A stretch of DNA of 64,000 bases from Acidobacteriota bacterium. GTDB lineage: Bacteria > Acidobacteriota > UBA890 > WLXD01. The position numbers were made by a program, and so were the translations under genes. The notes under the pieces are model-generated. The model was not told where the DNA came from, made no database searches, and was given only the letters and a program-made list of their open reading frames with translations. Below, piece after piece: positions 18,529 to 27,512 of the stretch. The stretch spans positions 896,001 through 960,000 of the forward strand of contig CAXWPL010000004.1 of the NCBI GenBank assembly GCA_963666215.2, given 5' to 3'. Position 1 is the first letter of the stretch; every line of letters starts with the position of its first letter.

Positions 18529-18984
18529 TCAGCGTTTGCGCAGGCGCCGGAAGAACGCCAGAAGCAGCTCGCTGCACTCCTCGCCACAGACCTCCCGGTC
18601 GATCCGCTGGACGTGCGGCGCGAGCTCAGGCGTAAGCAGGTCGATTGCCGAGCCGCAGGCGCCGTACCGCGGGTCGGGCGCACCGTAGACCACACGCTGC
18701 ACTCGCGCCAAGATCGCTGCGCCGGCACACATCGGACAGGGCTCCAGGGTCGCGACGAGGGTGGTGCCGTCGAGCCGCCAGTCGCCGACGACCTTTGCCG
18801 CCTGTCGAAGCGCGACAATCTCGGCGTGGCCTGAAGGGTCGCCGTCGTTCTCGGTGCGATTATGAGCGCGCGCGATCACTTCGCCGTCGAGAATGACGAT
18901 CGCCCCTACGGGGACTTCACCAGCTTGCTCGGAGCGCCGCGCCTCGTCGAGCGCGAGCTGCATCCAGGTGTCGAGCGGCTCCAT
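18529..18984 (-). CDS. tadA: tRNA adenosine(34) deaminase
   Basis: GEVPVGA, HAE, TLEPCPMCAGA, FFRRLR. Confidence 0.92.
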   Translation of the reverse strand: MEPLDTWMQLALDEARRSEQAGEVPVGAIVILDGEVIARAHNRTENDGDPSGHAEIVALRQAAKVVGDWRLDGTTLVATLEPCPMCAGAAILARVQRVVYGAPDPRYGACGSAIDLLTPELAPHVQRIDREVCGEECSELLLAFFRRLRKR

Positions 18985-19048
18985 CGGCGGATCTACCAGA
19001 CGAGCAAGATGGCCCAGATATCGGGCGTATGACGATTGGTGACGAGAA

Positions 19049-19125
19049 TGGTGCGCCCTGGAGGACTCGAACCTCCAACCTCCTGGTCCGTAGCCAGACG
19101 CTCTGTCCAATTGAGCTAAGGGCGC
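19049..19125 (-). tRNA. tRNA-Arg (ACG)
   Basis: GCGCCCTTAGCTCAATTGGACAGAGCGTCTGGCTACGGACCAGGAGGTTGGAGGTTCGAGTCCTCCAGGGCGCACCA; cloverleaf, encoded CCA. Confidence 0.97.
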
Positions 19126-19338
19126 ACTCGAATCCCAACGATCGGACGACTTGACGCTCTGGCGCTACGGCAGAGCACGGAGAATAGCACCCGCCGAAAG
19201 CGCCGGCAAAACACGTGCACCCCAGTCCACACGGCCTGGACGCGCCGCCGGAACAGGCGATAATGTGCCCGTGATTACCTCTTCCCTGAGCTCTCCCCTT
19301 CTCGAGCCCACCTTCTCTTCGCCAGGGTACCGTTAGCC

Positions 19339-20364
19339 ATGAGATCTTTGCAGTGCAGTGCACGCCCTCGGGCCGGCCACGGGCTGGCCGTTTTCTTGCT
19401 CGCGACCGCCCTGGGGGTCGTGACCGCAGCAGCCGTTGCACCAGTCGCAGCCCAGCAGAGCGACGCGCAGCGGGACATGGCGAAGGGCGCCGAGTACCTG
19501 CAAAAGGGAGAGCCCGACAAGGCAATCAACGAGTTCGCGAAGGTCCTCAACAACCAGGAAACCTTTGCTCCGGCCCATTTCGTCACCGGGATGGCCTACG
19601 CCCAGATGCAGCAATATTCCGACGCGTACACCCATCTCAACCGTGCAACTGAGCTACAACCGGGCAACGGTGAGTGGCATGAACAGGCCTGTCGCACCGC
19701 CTGGTTCGGCGAGGACTTCGACAACGCTTGGCGACAGTGCATCCTCGCGGCCCAGGCGGGGCGCGACGTGGCGGCTGCTTTCCCCGAGCTGGCCAAGGCT
19801 TCGGCGGGACCGAGCGACTACCAGCAGCGAATCGCTGCGCCTCGGATATGGGTCGCTGCCCCAGACATCGAGGCGTTGCTGGGTCGTGACGATGGAGTCT
19901 TCGACCACGTAAGCCCAACGCAGCAGGCGGGCGCCGATCAGCGCGGGGCCGGGGCCGATTCTAGTCCCGCCGGCGCCGGTGCTGGTGGCGGCGGCCGCGG
20001 TTTCAGTGACCCGAGCTCGAGGTTCTCGGCCGAATCGGGCAACAGCGTCGCCGCACAAGTTCAGGCTGACCTCGCCGAGGTGCGGAGGCGCTTCAGCTCG
20101 GAGATCGCGATTTCCGATCTGTTCGGCCTCGTGGTCGACCAGGGCCTGGCCGACTACGTGATGGTTGTCGAGGTCGACGATGTGGGGACCGAGTCGCCGC
20201 GTGTGCTCACCGGCTACGTGAAGTTGATCGATGTGACCTCCGGTGAGGAGGCCTACTCGAGGCCGCTCCAGCTCGACAACATTTCCTCGATCAGCGACCT
20301 GCAGAACGACATCTCGCGATACGTTGGCTACTTGGAACAATGGCGCCGTGAGAATGCGACCTAG
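19339..20364 (+). CDS. Exported TPR-repeat protein (paralog 1)
   Basis: Signal peptide, TPR-like helices, GYVKL...SGEEAYSR C-terminal domain. Confidence 0.75.
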   Translation: MRSLQCSARPRAGHGLAVFLLATALGVVTAAAVAPVAAQQSDAQRDMAKGAEYLQKGEPDKAINEFAKVLNNQETFAPAHFVTGMAYAQMQQYSDAYTHLNRATELQPGNGEWHEQACRTAWFGEDFDNAWRQCILAAQAGRDVAAAFPELAKASAGPSDYQQRIAAPRIWVAAPDIEALLGRDDGVFDHVSPTQQAGADQRGAGADSSPAGAGAGGGGRGFSDPSSRFSAESGNSVAAQVQADLAEVRRRFSSEIAISDLFGLVVDQGLADYVMVVEVDDVGTESPRVLTGYVKLIDVTSGEEAYSRPLQLDNISSISDLQNDISRYVGYLEQWRRENAT

Positions 20365-20457
20365 AGCTGAGCCTGGCCGCCCGTGCCGCAACCCTACAGG
20401 CCGCGTTCGTCCGAGGGGTCAATACCTGTCAACCCCTGAATCCTCGAGGAGAGTCTG

Positions 20458-21447
20458 ATGAACCTGGCCAGAACCACCAGAGCAGCTGTTGCAGCCCTTT
20501 GCGTCTGGACGCTCGTGGTCGTCGCCCTTCCCGCTACAGCATTGCCGCAGGGCGATCTGCAGATGTCGCTGGAGATCGCGCTGGGGAAGATGCAGCAGGG
20601 CCAGAGCGAGGACGCACTCCGCGACCTCGAGAAGATCCTCACGCAGAACGACAGCTTCTGGCCGGCATACTTTCACCGTGGTCGGCTGCTCGGCAGCATG
20701 GGCGACGCGCAGGGGGCGCGCGACTCCTTCATCAAGGCAGTCGAGCTCAACCCGGGGGAGCCGAACGTCCATTTCATGGCCGCGGTCTCGTCTTTCCAGT
20801 TCGGCGACTTCGACACGGCCTGGGAGCAGATCATTCTGGCGAGCAACGCCGGCATGCCCGAGGAGCAGGTTCAGCAAGGGCTGGCCATGCTGAGGCAGGC
20901 GTCGGAAGGCCCTCCGGGCTTGGCCGAAAGACTCAGCGCGGCGCGCGTGTACGTCGACGCACCCGACGAGAGCAAGCTACGCGGCCGTTCCCAAAACCCT
21001 TTTGCTCAGGGAGTGGGTAGTAGAACCGACTCCGCCGATATCAGCCAGCAGCAGCAGAGCGGTGGCGGCGCCATCACGTCAACCACGAGCTCTTCACAAG
21101 CCACCGGCACAGGGACGCGGATCATGCAGCAGTCCGCAGGCGAGATCAACAACATGCTGGTGCTGACGCGGAAGGCGCTCGGAGAGTCGTCTGCTTTCGG
21201 CCTGGTGCAGAACCCGGAACTGGGACAGTACCGACTGGTCTACGAGATCGACGATATCGCCGACGTCAGCGACAGTCTCGGCGCCATGAAGATGAAGGGA
21301 TACGTCAAGCTCTACAACGCCCAGTCGGGCGACGAGGCCTTCAGCCGGGTCATCGAGTTCAAGGACCTGGCGAACTCGGGCGATGTCTCGGCTGACCTCG
21401 GGCGCTTGATGGGCAACCTGGAGGAGTGGCTGGCGGAGGCACGCTAG
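20458..21447 (+). CDS. Exported TPR-repeat protein (paralog 2)
   Basis: Same architecture: DFDTAWEQ, FGLV, GYVKL...SGDEAFSR. Confidence 0.75.
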   Translation: MNLARTTRAAVAALCVWTLVVVALPATALPQGDLQMSLEIALGKMQQGQSEDALRDLEKILTQNDSFWPAYFHRGRLLGSMGDAQGARDSFIKAVELNPGEPNVHFMAAVSSFQFGDFDTAWEQIILASNAGMPEEQVQQGLAMLRQASEGPPGLAERLSAARVYVDAPDESKLRGRSQNPFAQGVGSRTDSADISQQQQSGGGAITSTTSSSQATGTGTRIMQQSAGEINNMLVLTRKALGESSAFGLVQNPELGQYRLVYEIDDIADVSDSLGAMKMKGYVKLYNAQSGDEAFSRVIEFKDLANSGDVSADLGRLMGNLEEWLAEAR

Positions 21448-21486
21448 TGCGGGCCATCCCAGGCGGCTAACGCTCTGAGCAGCCGA

Positions 21487-22827
21487 GTGACTCCCTACGC
21501 GACTCTCATTCGAGGTGGTCTACTCGTCCTCCCGGATGGAGCTGGCGGCGTCCGCGGCGAGCCCGGCGACATCCTTATCGAGGGCGAACGGATCGCCGAC
21601 GTAGGCCGGATCTCGCGGCCGCCCGCCGCCGCTCGGGTGATCTACGCCGGCGGCTGTGCGGTGTTGCCAGGTTTCTTGCAAACGCACGTGCATCTGTGCC
21701 AAACGCTGTTCCGCGGCGCCGCCGACGAGCTATCGCTGCTCGACTGGCTGCGCAATCGCATATGGCCGCTGGAGGCCGCGCACACGCCGGACTCGATTCG
21801 TGCCAGCGCCCGCCTGGCGGTGGCGGAATTGTTGCTCAGCGGCACGACGGCCGTACAGACGATGGAGACCGTGCGCCACACCGAGTGCGTCTTCGAGGTG
21901 CTGGCGGAGTCGGGCATGTTCGCGGTCAGCGGCAAGGCGCTGATGGACGACCCGACCACCTGCCCCGAGTCTCTATGCCAGCCCACGGACGCGGCGCTGG
22001 CCGACGCGGTGGATCTGGCGGAAAAATGGGACGGCTCGGCAAACGGCCGACTGCGTGTTTGCTTGGCGCCGCGCTTCGCCGTTAGCTGCACCGACGAGTG
22101 CCTGAGCGAGGTCGCCAGCCTCGCCGAGGCCGGCAACTGGCGCGTTCACACACACGCCTCAGAGAGCCGTGACGAAGTCGACTTGGTGCAACGGCGATCC
22201 GGCAGACGGAATGTCGTCTACCTCGATCATCTGGGGCTTACGGGCGATCACGTCGGGCTCGCGCACTGCGTCTGGCTGGACAACGAAGAAGTGGATCTGC
22301 TGTCCGACAGTGGCACGCACGTGCTGCATTGCCCTGGCAGCAATTGCAAGCTCGGCTCCGGGATCGCGCCTGTCCCACGGCTCTTGTCGCGCGGCATCAA
22401 CGTCAGCCTTGGCGCCGACGGCGCCGCCTGCAACAACACGCTCGATATGTTCCGCGAGATGCGTCTCGCGACGCAGCTGCAGAAAGCGCTCCACGGTCCG
22501 CAAACACTGCCGGCGAGCCGCGTGCTCGGGATGGCCACTCGCGCCGGGGCCGAAGCGCTTGGTTGGGGCGGCCAGATGGGCGAGCTGCGTCCCGGGCGCT
22601 GGGCCAACGTCGTCTTGGTGAGCCTTCAGGGTCTCCACACCACACCCAGCCCCGATCCGCTCTCCGCGTTGGTGTACGGTTGCAAAAGCTCCGACATCCG
22701 CTCCGTTTGGCTCGCCGGCAAGCAGGTTGTGGCGGAGGGCCAGCTGCTTCTGTGGGACGAAGAAGATGTGCGGCGCGATGCAAACCGCGAGGCGCACGAT
22801 CTATTCGAGCGTGCTGGCGTCGCTTGA
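21487..22827 (+). CDS. Amidohydrolase, 5'-deoxyadenosine/MTA/SAH deaminase-like
   Basis: QTHVHLCQ, HTHASE, AHCVW, LGADG metal ligands. Confidence 0.88.
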   Translation: MTPYATLIRGGLLVLPDGAGGVRGEPGDILIEGERIADVGRISRPPAAARVIYAGGCAVLPGFLQTHVHLCQTLFRGAADELSLLDWLRNRIWPLEAAHTPDSIRASARLAVAELLLSGTTAVQTMETVRHTECVFEVLAESGMFAVSGKALMDDPTTCPESLCQPTDAALADAVDLAEKWDGSANGRLRVCLAPRFAVSCTDECLSEVASLAEAGNWRVHTHASESRDEVDLVQRRSGRRNVVYLDHLGLTGDHVGLAHCVWLDNEEVDLLSDSGTHVLHCPGSNCKLGSGIAPVPRLLSRGINVSLGADGAACNNTLDMFREMRLATQLQKALHGPQTLPASRVLGMATRAGAEALGWGGQMGELRPGRWANVVLVSLQGLHTTPSPDPLSALVYGCKSSDIRSVWLAGKQVVAEGQLLLWDEEDVRRDANREAHDLFERAGVA

Positions 22828-22867
22828 TCTGGATTCCCACCCCCCATCAACGCAGGAGGAACTCTAG

Positions 22868-24192
22868 CAGGCTGCTGAAAAACGGCTCACGAGTGTCGAT
22901 CCGGTCCCCGAGCGGCAGCGTGGAGTAGGCATGGCGCGCACCGTTGAAGGGGGGCGATCGCAAACGACCCTTCGCTCGTCACCTCGAGAGGCGGTTTGGC
23001 GCTCCCGGGTCCCACTACCTTCACGTCAGCGCCTCGAGATTGCGCATTCTCACCAAGGTGAACGCTGCCGCGGTGAAGACGAACATCCAGCCGACGCGGT
23101 CGACCCCTCGGTGCTTCGTCTTGCGGATCAGTCCTACTGTCTTGCCCCAGCCAAAGACCTGCTCGACGAGCTTGCGTTTGACCTGGCTTTGCTTGTACCC
23201 GGCGTGCCTCGTGGTGCGGCCATCGATCGCGCTGCGTCTGTTGGTGTCGTTCTGCGCCACATACGGCGTTACGTTCCGATCTCTCAGCTTGCCGACGCAC
23301 TCCTTGGTGTCGTAGTTCTTGTCGCCACCCATAGTCACGCGATCTGTCCCGGGGATCTCGCCGGCCATCGCCACTGCCGCATCTCGTTCCGCTGTGCCTG
23401 AAGCCTTCGTTACCATCGCGTTGGTCGGCAGCCCGTGGCGGTTGTCGACTACCAGGTGGCCCATGTAGCAGAGCTTCGCCTCGGATCCCTTGCTCTTCCT
23501 ATACAGGCGGGCGTCAGGATCGGTTCTCGAGGCGTGTGTATCGCTCTTGCGCCGCTGTTTGCGGAAATCGACGTCCGGGTTCCGGCCGCCACCACTGGGT
23601 GGATCCTGCCGCCCGCTCGGGTCTTTGGGCTGGTAGCTCTTGTGCGATGCCCACGCTTCGATCAGCGTTCCATCAACGGTGAAGTGCTCGTCCGATAGCA
23701 GTCCGCGCCTGCGCGCTTGCTCCACGACTTGCTCGAAGAACACTTCGGCGACCTCACCACCGAGCACCCGGTCTCGGTTCTTGGTGAACACCGTCGCATC
23801 CCACACCGCATCGTCCATGTTCAAGCCCACGAACCAGCGGAATAGCAGGTTGTAGTCGAGCTGCTCCATCAGCATGCGCTCGGAGCGGATCGTATACAGC
23901 ACCTGCAGCAGCAATGCCCGCAACAGCTTCTCCGGCGGGATCGACGGCCGCCCCGTGTGCGAGTACATGCCGGCGAACAGTGGCGACATCTGTTCCAGCA
24001 CGTTGTTGACGATCTTCAGCAGCCGCCGCAGCGGATGGTCCTTCGGTACCCTCTGCTCGGGCGAGATATAGCTGAACGCTGCCACTTGACCCGCGTCTTC
24101 ACCACGCATCTGCTCACCTCGTCGATGCTTCCGGTTGGCACGGGGCTGCATGGGTCAAGCTACATGAACGCTAGGAGTTTTTCAGCAGCCTG
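22868..24192 (-). mobile_element. IS5/IS1182-like element, copy 2 (1325 bp), CTAG target duplication
   Basis: Same length, ends and protein as copy 1; CTAG at 22864-22867 and 24193-24196. Confidence 0.93.
23021..24109 (-). CDS. DDE transposase
   Basis: Protein identical to 12402-13490. Confidence 0.92.
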   Translation of the reverse strand: MRGEDAGQVAAFSYISPEQRVPKDHPLRRLLKIVNNVLEQMSPLFAGMYSHTGRPSIPPEKLLRALLLQVLYTIRSERMLMEQLDYNLLFRWFVGLNMDDAVWDATVFTKNRDRVLGGEVAEVFFEQVVEQARRRGLLSDEHFTVDGTLIEAWASHKSYQPKDPSGRQDPPSGGGRNPDVDFRKQRRKSDTHASRTDPDARLYRKSKGSEAKLCYMGHLVVDNRHGLPTNAMVTKASGTAERDAAVAMAGEIPGTDRVTMGGDKNYDTKECVGKLRDRNVTPYVAQNDTNRRSAIDGRTTRHAGYKQSQVKRKLVEQVFGWGKTVGLIRKTKHRGVDRVGWMFVFTAAAFTLVRMRNLEALT

Positions 24193-24195
24193 CTA

Positions 24196-24675
24196 GTGAT
24201 CGTCTCTGGAAACAGCCGCCGACTCGTCTTGTTGGCATCGATTGTGGTGATGGTGGCCTTCAGTTCCGGATGCTGGTTCAACAACGTGTTCTACGGCTTT
24301 CGCGTCCAGGGCGACTACGAGGTCGGAGTGTGGACGGAAACGTTGTGCTACACCTTCCCGAACAGCGACTTCGAGCTGCGCACCGGCAAGTACCAGCTCT
24401 CGGGCGGGCTCCAGAACGAGTCCGGCGGTGAACAGTATCCGTTCCCGGCCTCGCTGCGCGGACGACTCATTTTCCGTGATGCGGCGAACACGATTGTCGG
24501 CCGGGTCGCCAGGACAGCTTGGGTGAACAGCGCCACCGGCGGATTCGCCAAGAGGTTCAGGCTGCCGGCCAGGGCCACCGCTGGCGGCTCTGTTTGTTAT
24601 TCCGTCATGCCGCGCGGCGAGCATACGCTCCACGAAGGTCAGGAAATCGGGGTCAATCTATACATCCGCGACTAA
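24196..24675 (+). CDS. Hypothetical lipoprotein (paralog 1)
   Basis: Lipobox SSGC; similar to the downstream gene. Confidence 0.7.
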   Translation: MIVSGNSRRLVLLASIVVMVAFSSGCWFNNVFYGFRVQGDYEVGVWTETLCYTFPNSDFELRTGKYQLSGGLQNESGGEQYPFPASLRGRLIFRDAANTIVGRVARTAWVNSATGGFAKRFRLPARATAGGSVCYSVMPRGEHTLHEGQEIGVNLYIRD

Positions 24676-24778
24676 TTCAAGGAGCCAGAGCGTCGACGTC
24701 TACCGGGTACTGCGAGGCGACAACCAGCCGGCCCGAGCTCGAGTCCGCGGAGAAACACACACCAAAAGAGGCTGTCTG

Positions 24779-25360
24779 GTGATCAACATGAGAAACAGTC
24801 GTCGCTGGGTCCTGATTACGGCGATCCTGATCGTCTCGCTGACGAGCTCGGCCTGCACGATCAACAACCTGTTCTTCTCTATGGTGGTCGAGGGAATCTA
24901 CGGTGTTGGCGTCTGGACTCGGCTGGGGTGCACGTCGTTCGACAACAGCCCGTTCGAGCTCGAAGCGGGACGCTACCGCTGGCTCACCTGGTTCTCGAAC
25001 GCCTCAGAGTCTACCGATCCGTTCGCCACGTTCTTGAGAGTCAGACTCCTCTTCTTCGCGGCAGCAACCGGAGCCCCGTTCGCCAGGTACATCCTGACGG
25101 GCGCTGTGAGAGACGGGCATATCGAAAAGACGGTAAAGGTCAAGGAAACGGTCACCGTGCCGCAGGGCGGTCGTGTTTGCTACGACGTGCTACCACGGGT
25201 CCACCCGCTGGTGGCAGGCTTGTTCATGGTCATCAACCTTTTCTACCTGGCATCGCTCGAAGCGACCCCCGCGGACGCGGGCGCCGACGCCACGTTCGAG
25301 CCGGGCCTACAGATCGAAGCGCCGCTCGGTGAGGCGATCAGCCACCCAGGTGGCGAATGA
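24779..25360 (+). CDS. Hypothetical lipoprotein (paralog 2)
   Basis: Lipobox SSAC; shares NSRR, VGVWT, NS.FEL..G.Y and GG.VCY.V.PR with paralog 1. Confidence 0.7.
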   Translation: MINMRNSRRWVLITAILIVSLTSSACTINNLFFSMVVEGIYGVGVWTRLGCTSFDNSPFELEAGRYRWLTWFSNASESTDPFATFLRVRLLFFAAATGAPFARYILTGAVRDGHIEKTVKVKETVTVPQGGRVCYDVLPRVHPLVAGLFMVINLFYLASLEATPADAGADATFEPGLQIEAPLGEAISHPGGE

Positions 25361-25464
25361 TCTGACCTTCGACCATGTAGACCCGCCAGATCGCGTTCCT
25401 TACGGACCGCCTTCTGGCCCCAGCCCCCACCTGTTCTGAGCGTGCTCCGCGAAGCGGATCACGC

Positions 25465-26838
25465 TCAGAAGTCGATTTGGGTGCGCCACTGGAAGATCCC
25501 GGTGGAGAGTCCGTCTTCCACTTCGGCGTTGACGTAGTTGAACATCAGCCGGATGTGCGGGTTCCAGTACCAGTTGAGGGCAATCGTGAGGTCGTCGAGC
25601 TCGCCACCCTGGATGAGGCCGCTTTGGAGGTCCAGCGTGGAGTAGCGTGCTGCGATCTCCCAGGCGCCGGGGCCGCCCTGCAGGAAGTTGGCGGCCGGCT
25701 TGGTGCGATCGAAGTAGCCGCCGTGGTGCTCGGTGTCGCGGTTGCGGTAGGCGCGGCCGTCGCCACCTGTGAGGAAGAAGCCGGCGCTGGCGTAGAAGCC
25801 GCTGAAGCTCGGGTCGTCGGCCACGCGGGAGCTGACCGAAGCTTGGATGAACTCCGAGGACGCGTGGAATCGACCGATGACTACCGCGGCTTCGAGGCCG
25901 AGCACGTCAACGGAGTCGGCCTCGAACGTGCCTGTGTCTACCAGCGGTGGCGACAGGTGGGCTTCGGGACGTTGGCGGAAGCGCAACACACCGTCGACCT
26001 CGCGGTGTGAAAAAGAGACCCCCAGGTGGAACAGGTGCCCATCGCCGAACGGCTGCGCGCGCACCAAACGGGCGCTGTAGTTGTAGTTGTCGCCAACCCC
26101 GAAAGCGGAGCTGTCGACCTCTTGGAAGACGCCCGCCTCCCAGATCAGCTTGGCGCCATCGAGCTTGCCGCCAACCTTGACGCCGGTGTTACGGTCGCCG
26201 CTGGGGCCGAAGACGAGCGGCAGGCCGCGCTCCATGAAGGTGAGGTACTTGCTGCTGGTAATTCCCTCGAGGCTGAACGGTTCCTTCTGGTGACCAATCC
26301 GCAACCCTGTCGGGTTGCTACCGCCGAAGACGTTCTTGACGCCCACGAAGATGTCCTTCGCCGAGGCGTCACCGCCCGCGAAGTCGTACTGCAGTTTGTA
26401 TTCGAATTGTCGATAAATCGTGCCGCTGACGAACAACCGGGCGCGGCGGAGCTCGCTGCCGTTCTGCGCTACGTTCGACTCGAAGAATGCGAAGTCGCTT
26501 TGCAGGCGGCCACCGATCTGGGCCTTGAAGCAGCCGTCGGCGGTCTCGAACTTGAGGCCGCCATCCCATTTGGCCTCGAGCTCGCCCTTGTCGCAGGCCG
26601 GAACAGCGTCGTCTTGGTCCGCTTGGCCCGCTTCCTGGGCATGCGCGAGGAAGGGGTTTGTCAGCACGATCAGCGCGATGAGCCCGTTTCTGAGGGTTCT
26701 GAGGGTGGCGACTTTGCGACGCAATGAAATGACTCCGGTGGACAGTCGAGCAGGTGGGATCCCTCGATTTCGAGGTTGTAACGCACCAGCTCGCGGATGC
26801 TGTCCTCGTCTTCGACAAAGGATCGTTTGCTCAGTCAT
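25465..26838 (-). CDS. OprO/OprP-family phosphate-selective porin
   Basis: GGRLQ.D, ELRRARL, KEPFSLE..TSSKY..FMER, LNWYWN, terminal QIDF; true start probably near 26725. Confidence 0.88.
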   Translation of the reverse strand: MTEQTILCRRRGQHPRAGALQPRNRGIPPARLSTGVISLRRKVATLRTLRNGLIALIVLTNPFLAHAQEAGQADQDDAVPACDKGELEAKWDGGLKFETADGCFKAQIGGRLQSDFAFFESNVAQNGSELRRARLFVSGTIYRQFEYKLQYDFAGGDASAKDIFVGVKNVFGGSNPTGLRIGHQKEPFSLEGITSSKYLTFMERGLPLVFGPSGDRNTGVKVGGKLDGAKLIWEAGVFQEVDSSAFGVGDNYNYSARLVRAQPFGDGHLFHLGVSFSHREVDGVLRFRQRPEAHLSPPLVDTGTFEADSVDVLGLEAAVVIGRFHASSEFIQASVSSRVADDPSFSGFYASAGFFLTGGDGRAYRNRDTEHHGGYFDRTKPAANFLQGGPGAWEIAARYSTLDLQSGLIQGGELDDLTIALNWYWNPHIRLMFNYVNAEVEDGLSTGIFQWRTQIDF

Positions 26839-26932
26839 GCCCGAGATTCTCGGCGGTCAGGGCTCGGCAGGCAAACAAGCGGGCCTCCGAGACCGTTGGC
26901 CAGGCGAAAGGGGTTGCCCGGAGTTGCTTAAC

Positions 26933-26975
26933 TGTCCCAGAATAATAGGACAGACTGTCCTAGTATATTAGGACA
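26933..26975. promoter_or_regulatory. Two tandem YtrA-type operator palindromes
   Basis: TGTCCCAGAATAATAGGACA and TGTCCTAGTATATTAGGACA, abutting the GntR ATG. Confidence 0.75.
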
Positions 26976-27442
26976 TGAAATCTAGCGATCCTCCAACGCT
27001 TCCATCGATGAATCTGCAGCTCGATCCGACCAGCGCCACACCGATCTACTCACAGGTGGTGGAGCGCGTGAAGGCGCTTGTCGCACATCGCGCGTTGCGG
27101 CCTGGCGATCGCATGCCGTCGGTCCGTGAGCTCGCGGCCTCGCTGAGGATCAACCGCAACACCGCGGCCAAGGCGTACTCGGTTCTCGAGGAGGAGCGGA
27201 TCGTCGAGACGCGCACCCGCCAGGGGACCTTCGTATCCGAGCAAGCGCCCCGGCTGAGCTCGCGGGCCCGGCGGCGGCAGCTCACTCAGAGCATCGATCG
27301 ACTGCTACTCGAGGCGTCGCAGCTGGGCTACGAGCCCGAGGGGCTGGCCGCCGAAGTATCGCGTCGGGTGCGCGAGGTCGACCCCCGGAAGTCTCGTCCG
27401 GATCGTCGCCGAGCGATCGCCGACGAACGCCATGGAGCTTGA
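26975..27442 (+). CDS. GntR regulator, YtrA subfamily
   Basis: PIYSQV...GDRMPSVRELA..LRINRNTAAKAY..LE...GTFV; short C-terminal domain. Confidence 0.92.
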   Translation: MKSSDPPTLPSMNLQLDPTSATPIYSQVVERVKALVAHRALRPGDRMPSVRELAASLRINRNTAAKAYSVLEEERIVETRTRQGTFVSEQAPRLSSRARRRQLTQSIDRLLLEASQLGYEPEGLAAEVSRRVREVDPRKSRPDRRRAIADERHGA

Positions 27443-27512
27443 ATTTGTCCACTGCTGCGAGCTCATCGAACCGGCGCAGCCACTCTCCGAGCAGGCGGCC
27501 TAGGACGTTTCG

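Noticed and set aside
19049-19125. tRNA as an island integration site
   Set aside because: No duplicated tRNA 3' end or integrase was seen in the window
12249-24192. Composite transposon between the two identical IS5-like copies
   Set aside because: Each copy has its own CTAG duplication, the interval holds a tRNA and tadA, and copy 2 splits a native SD-start pair. Independent insertions are simpler.
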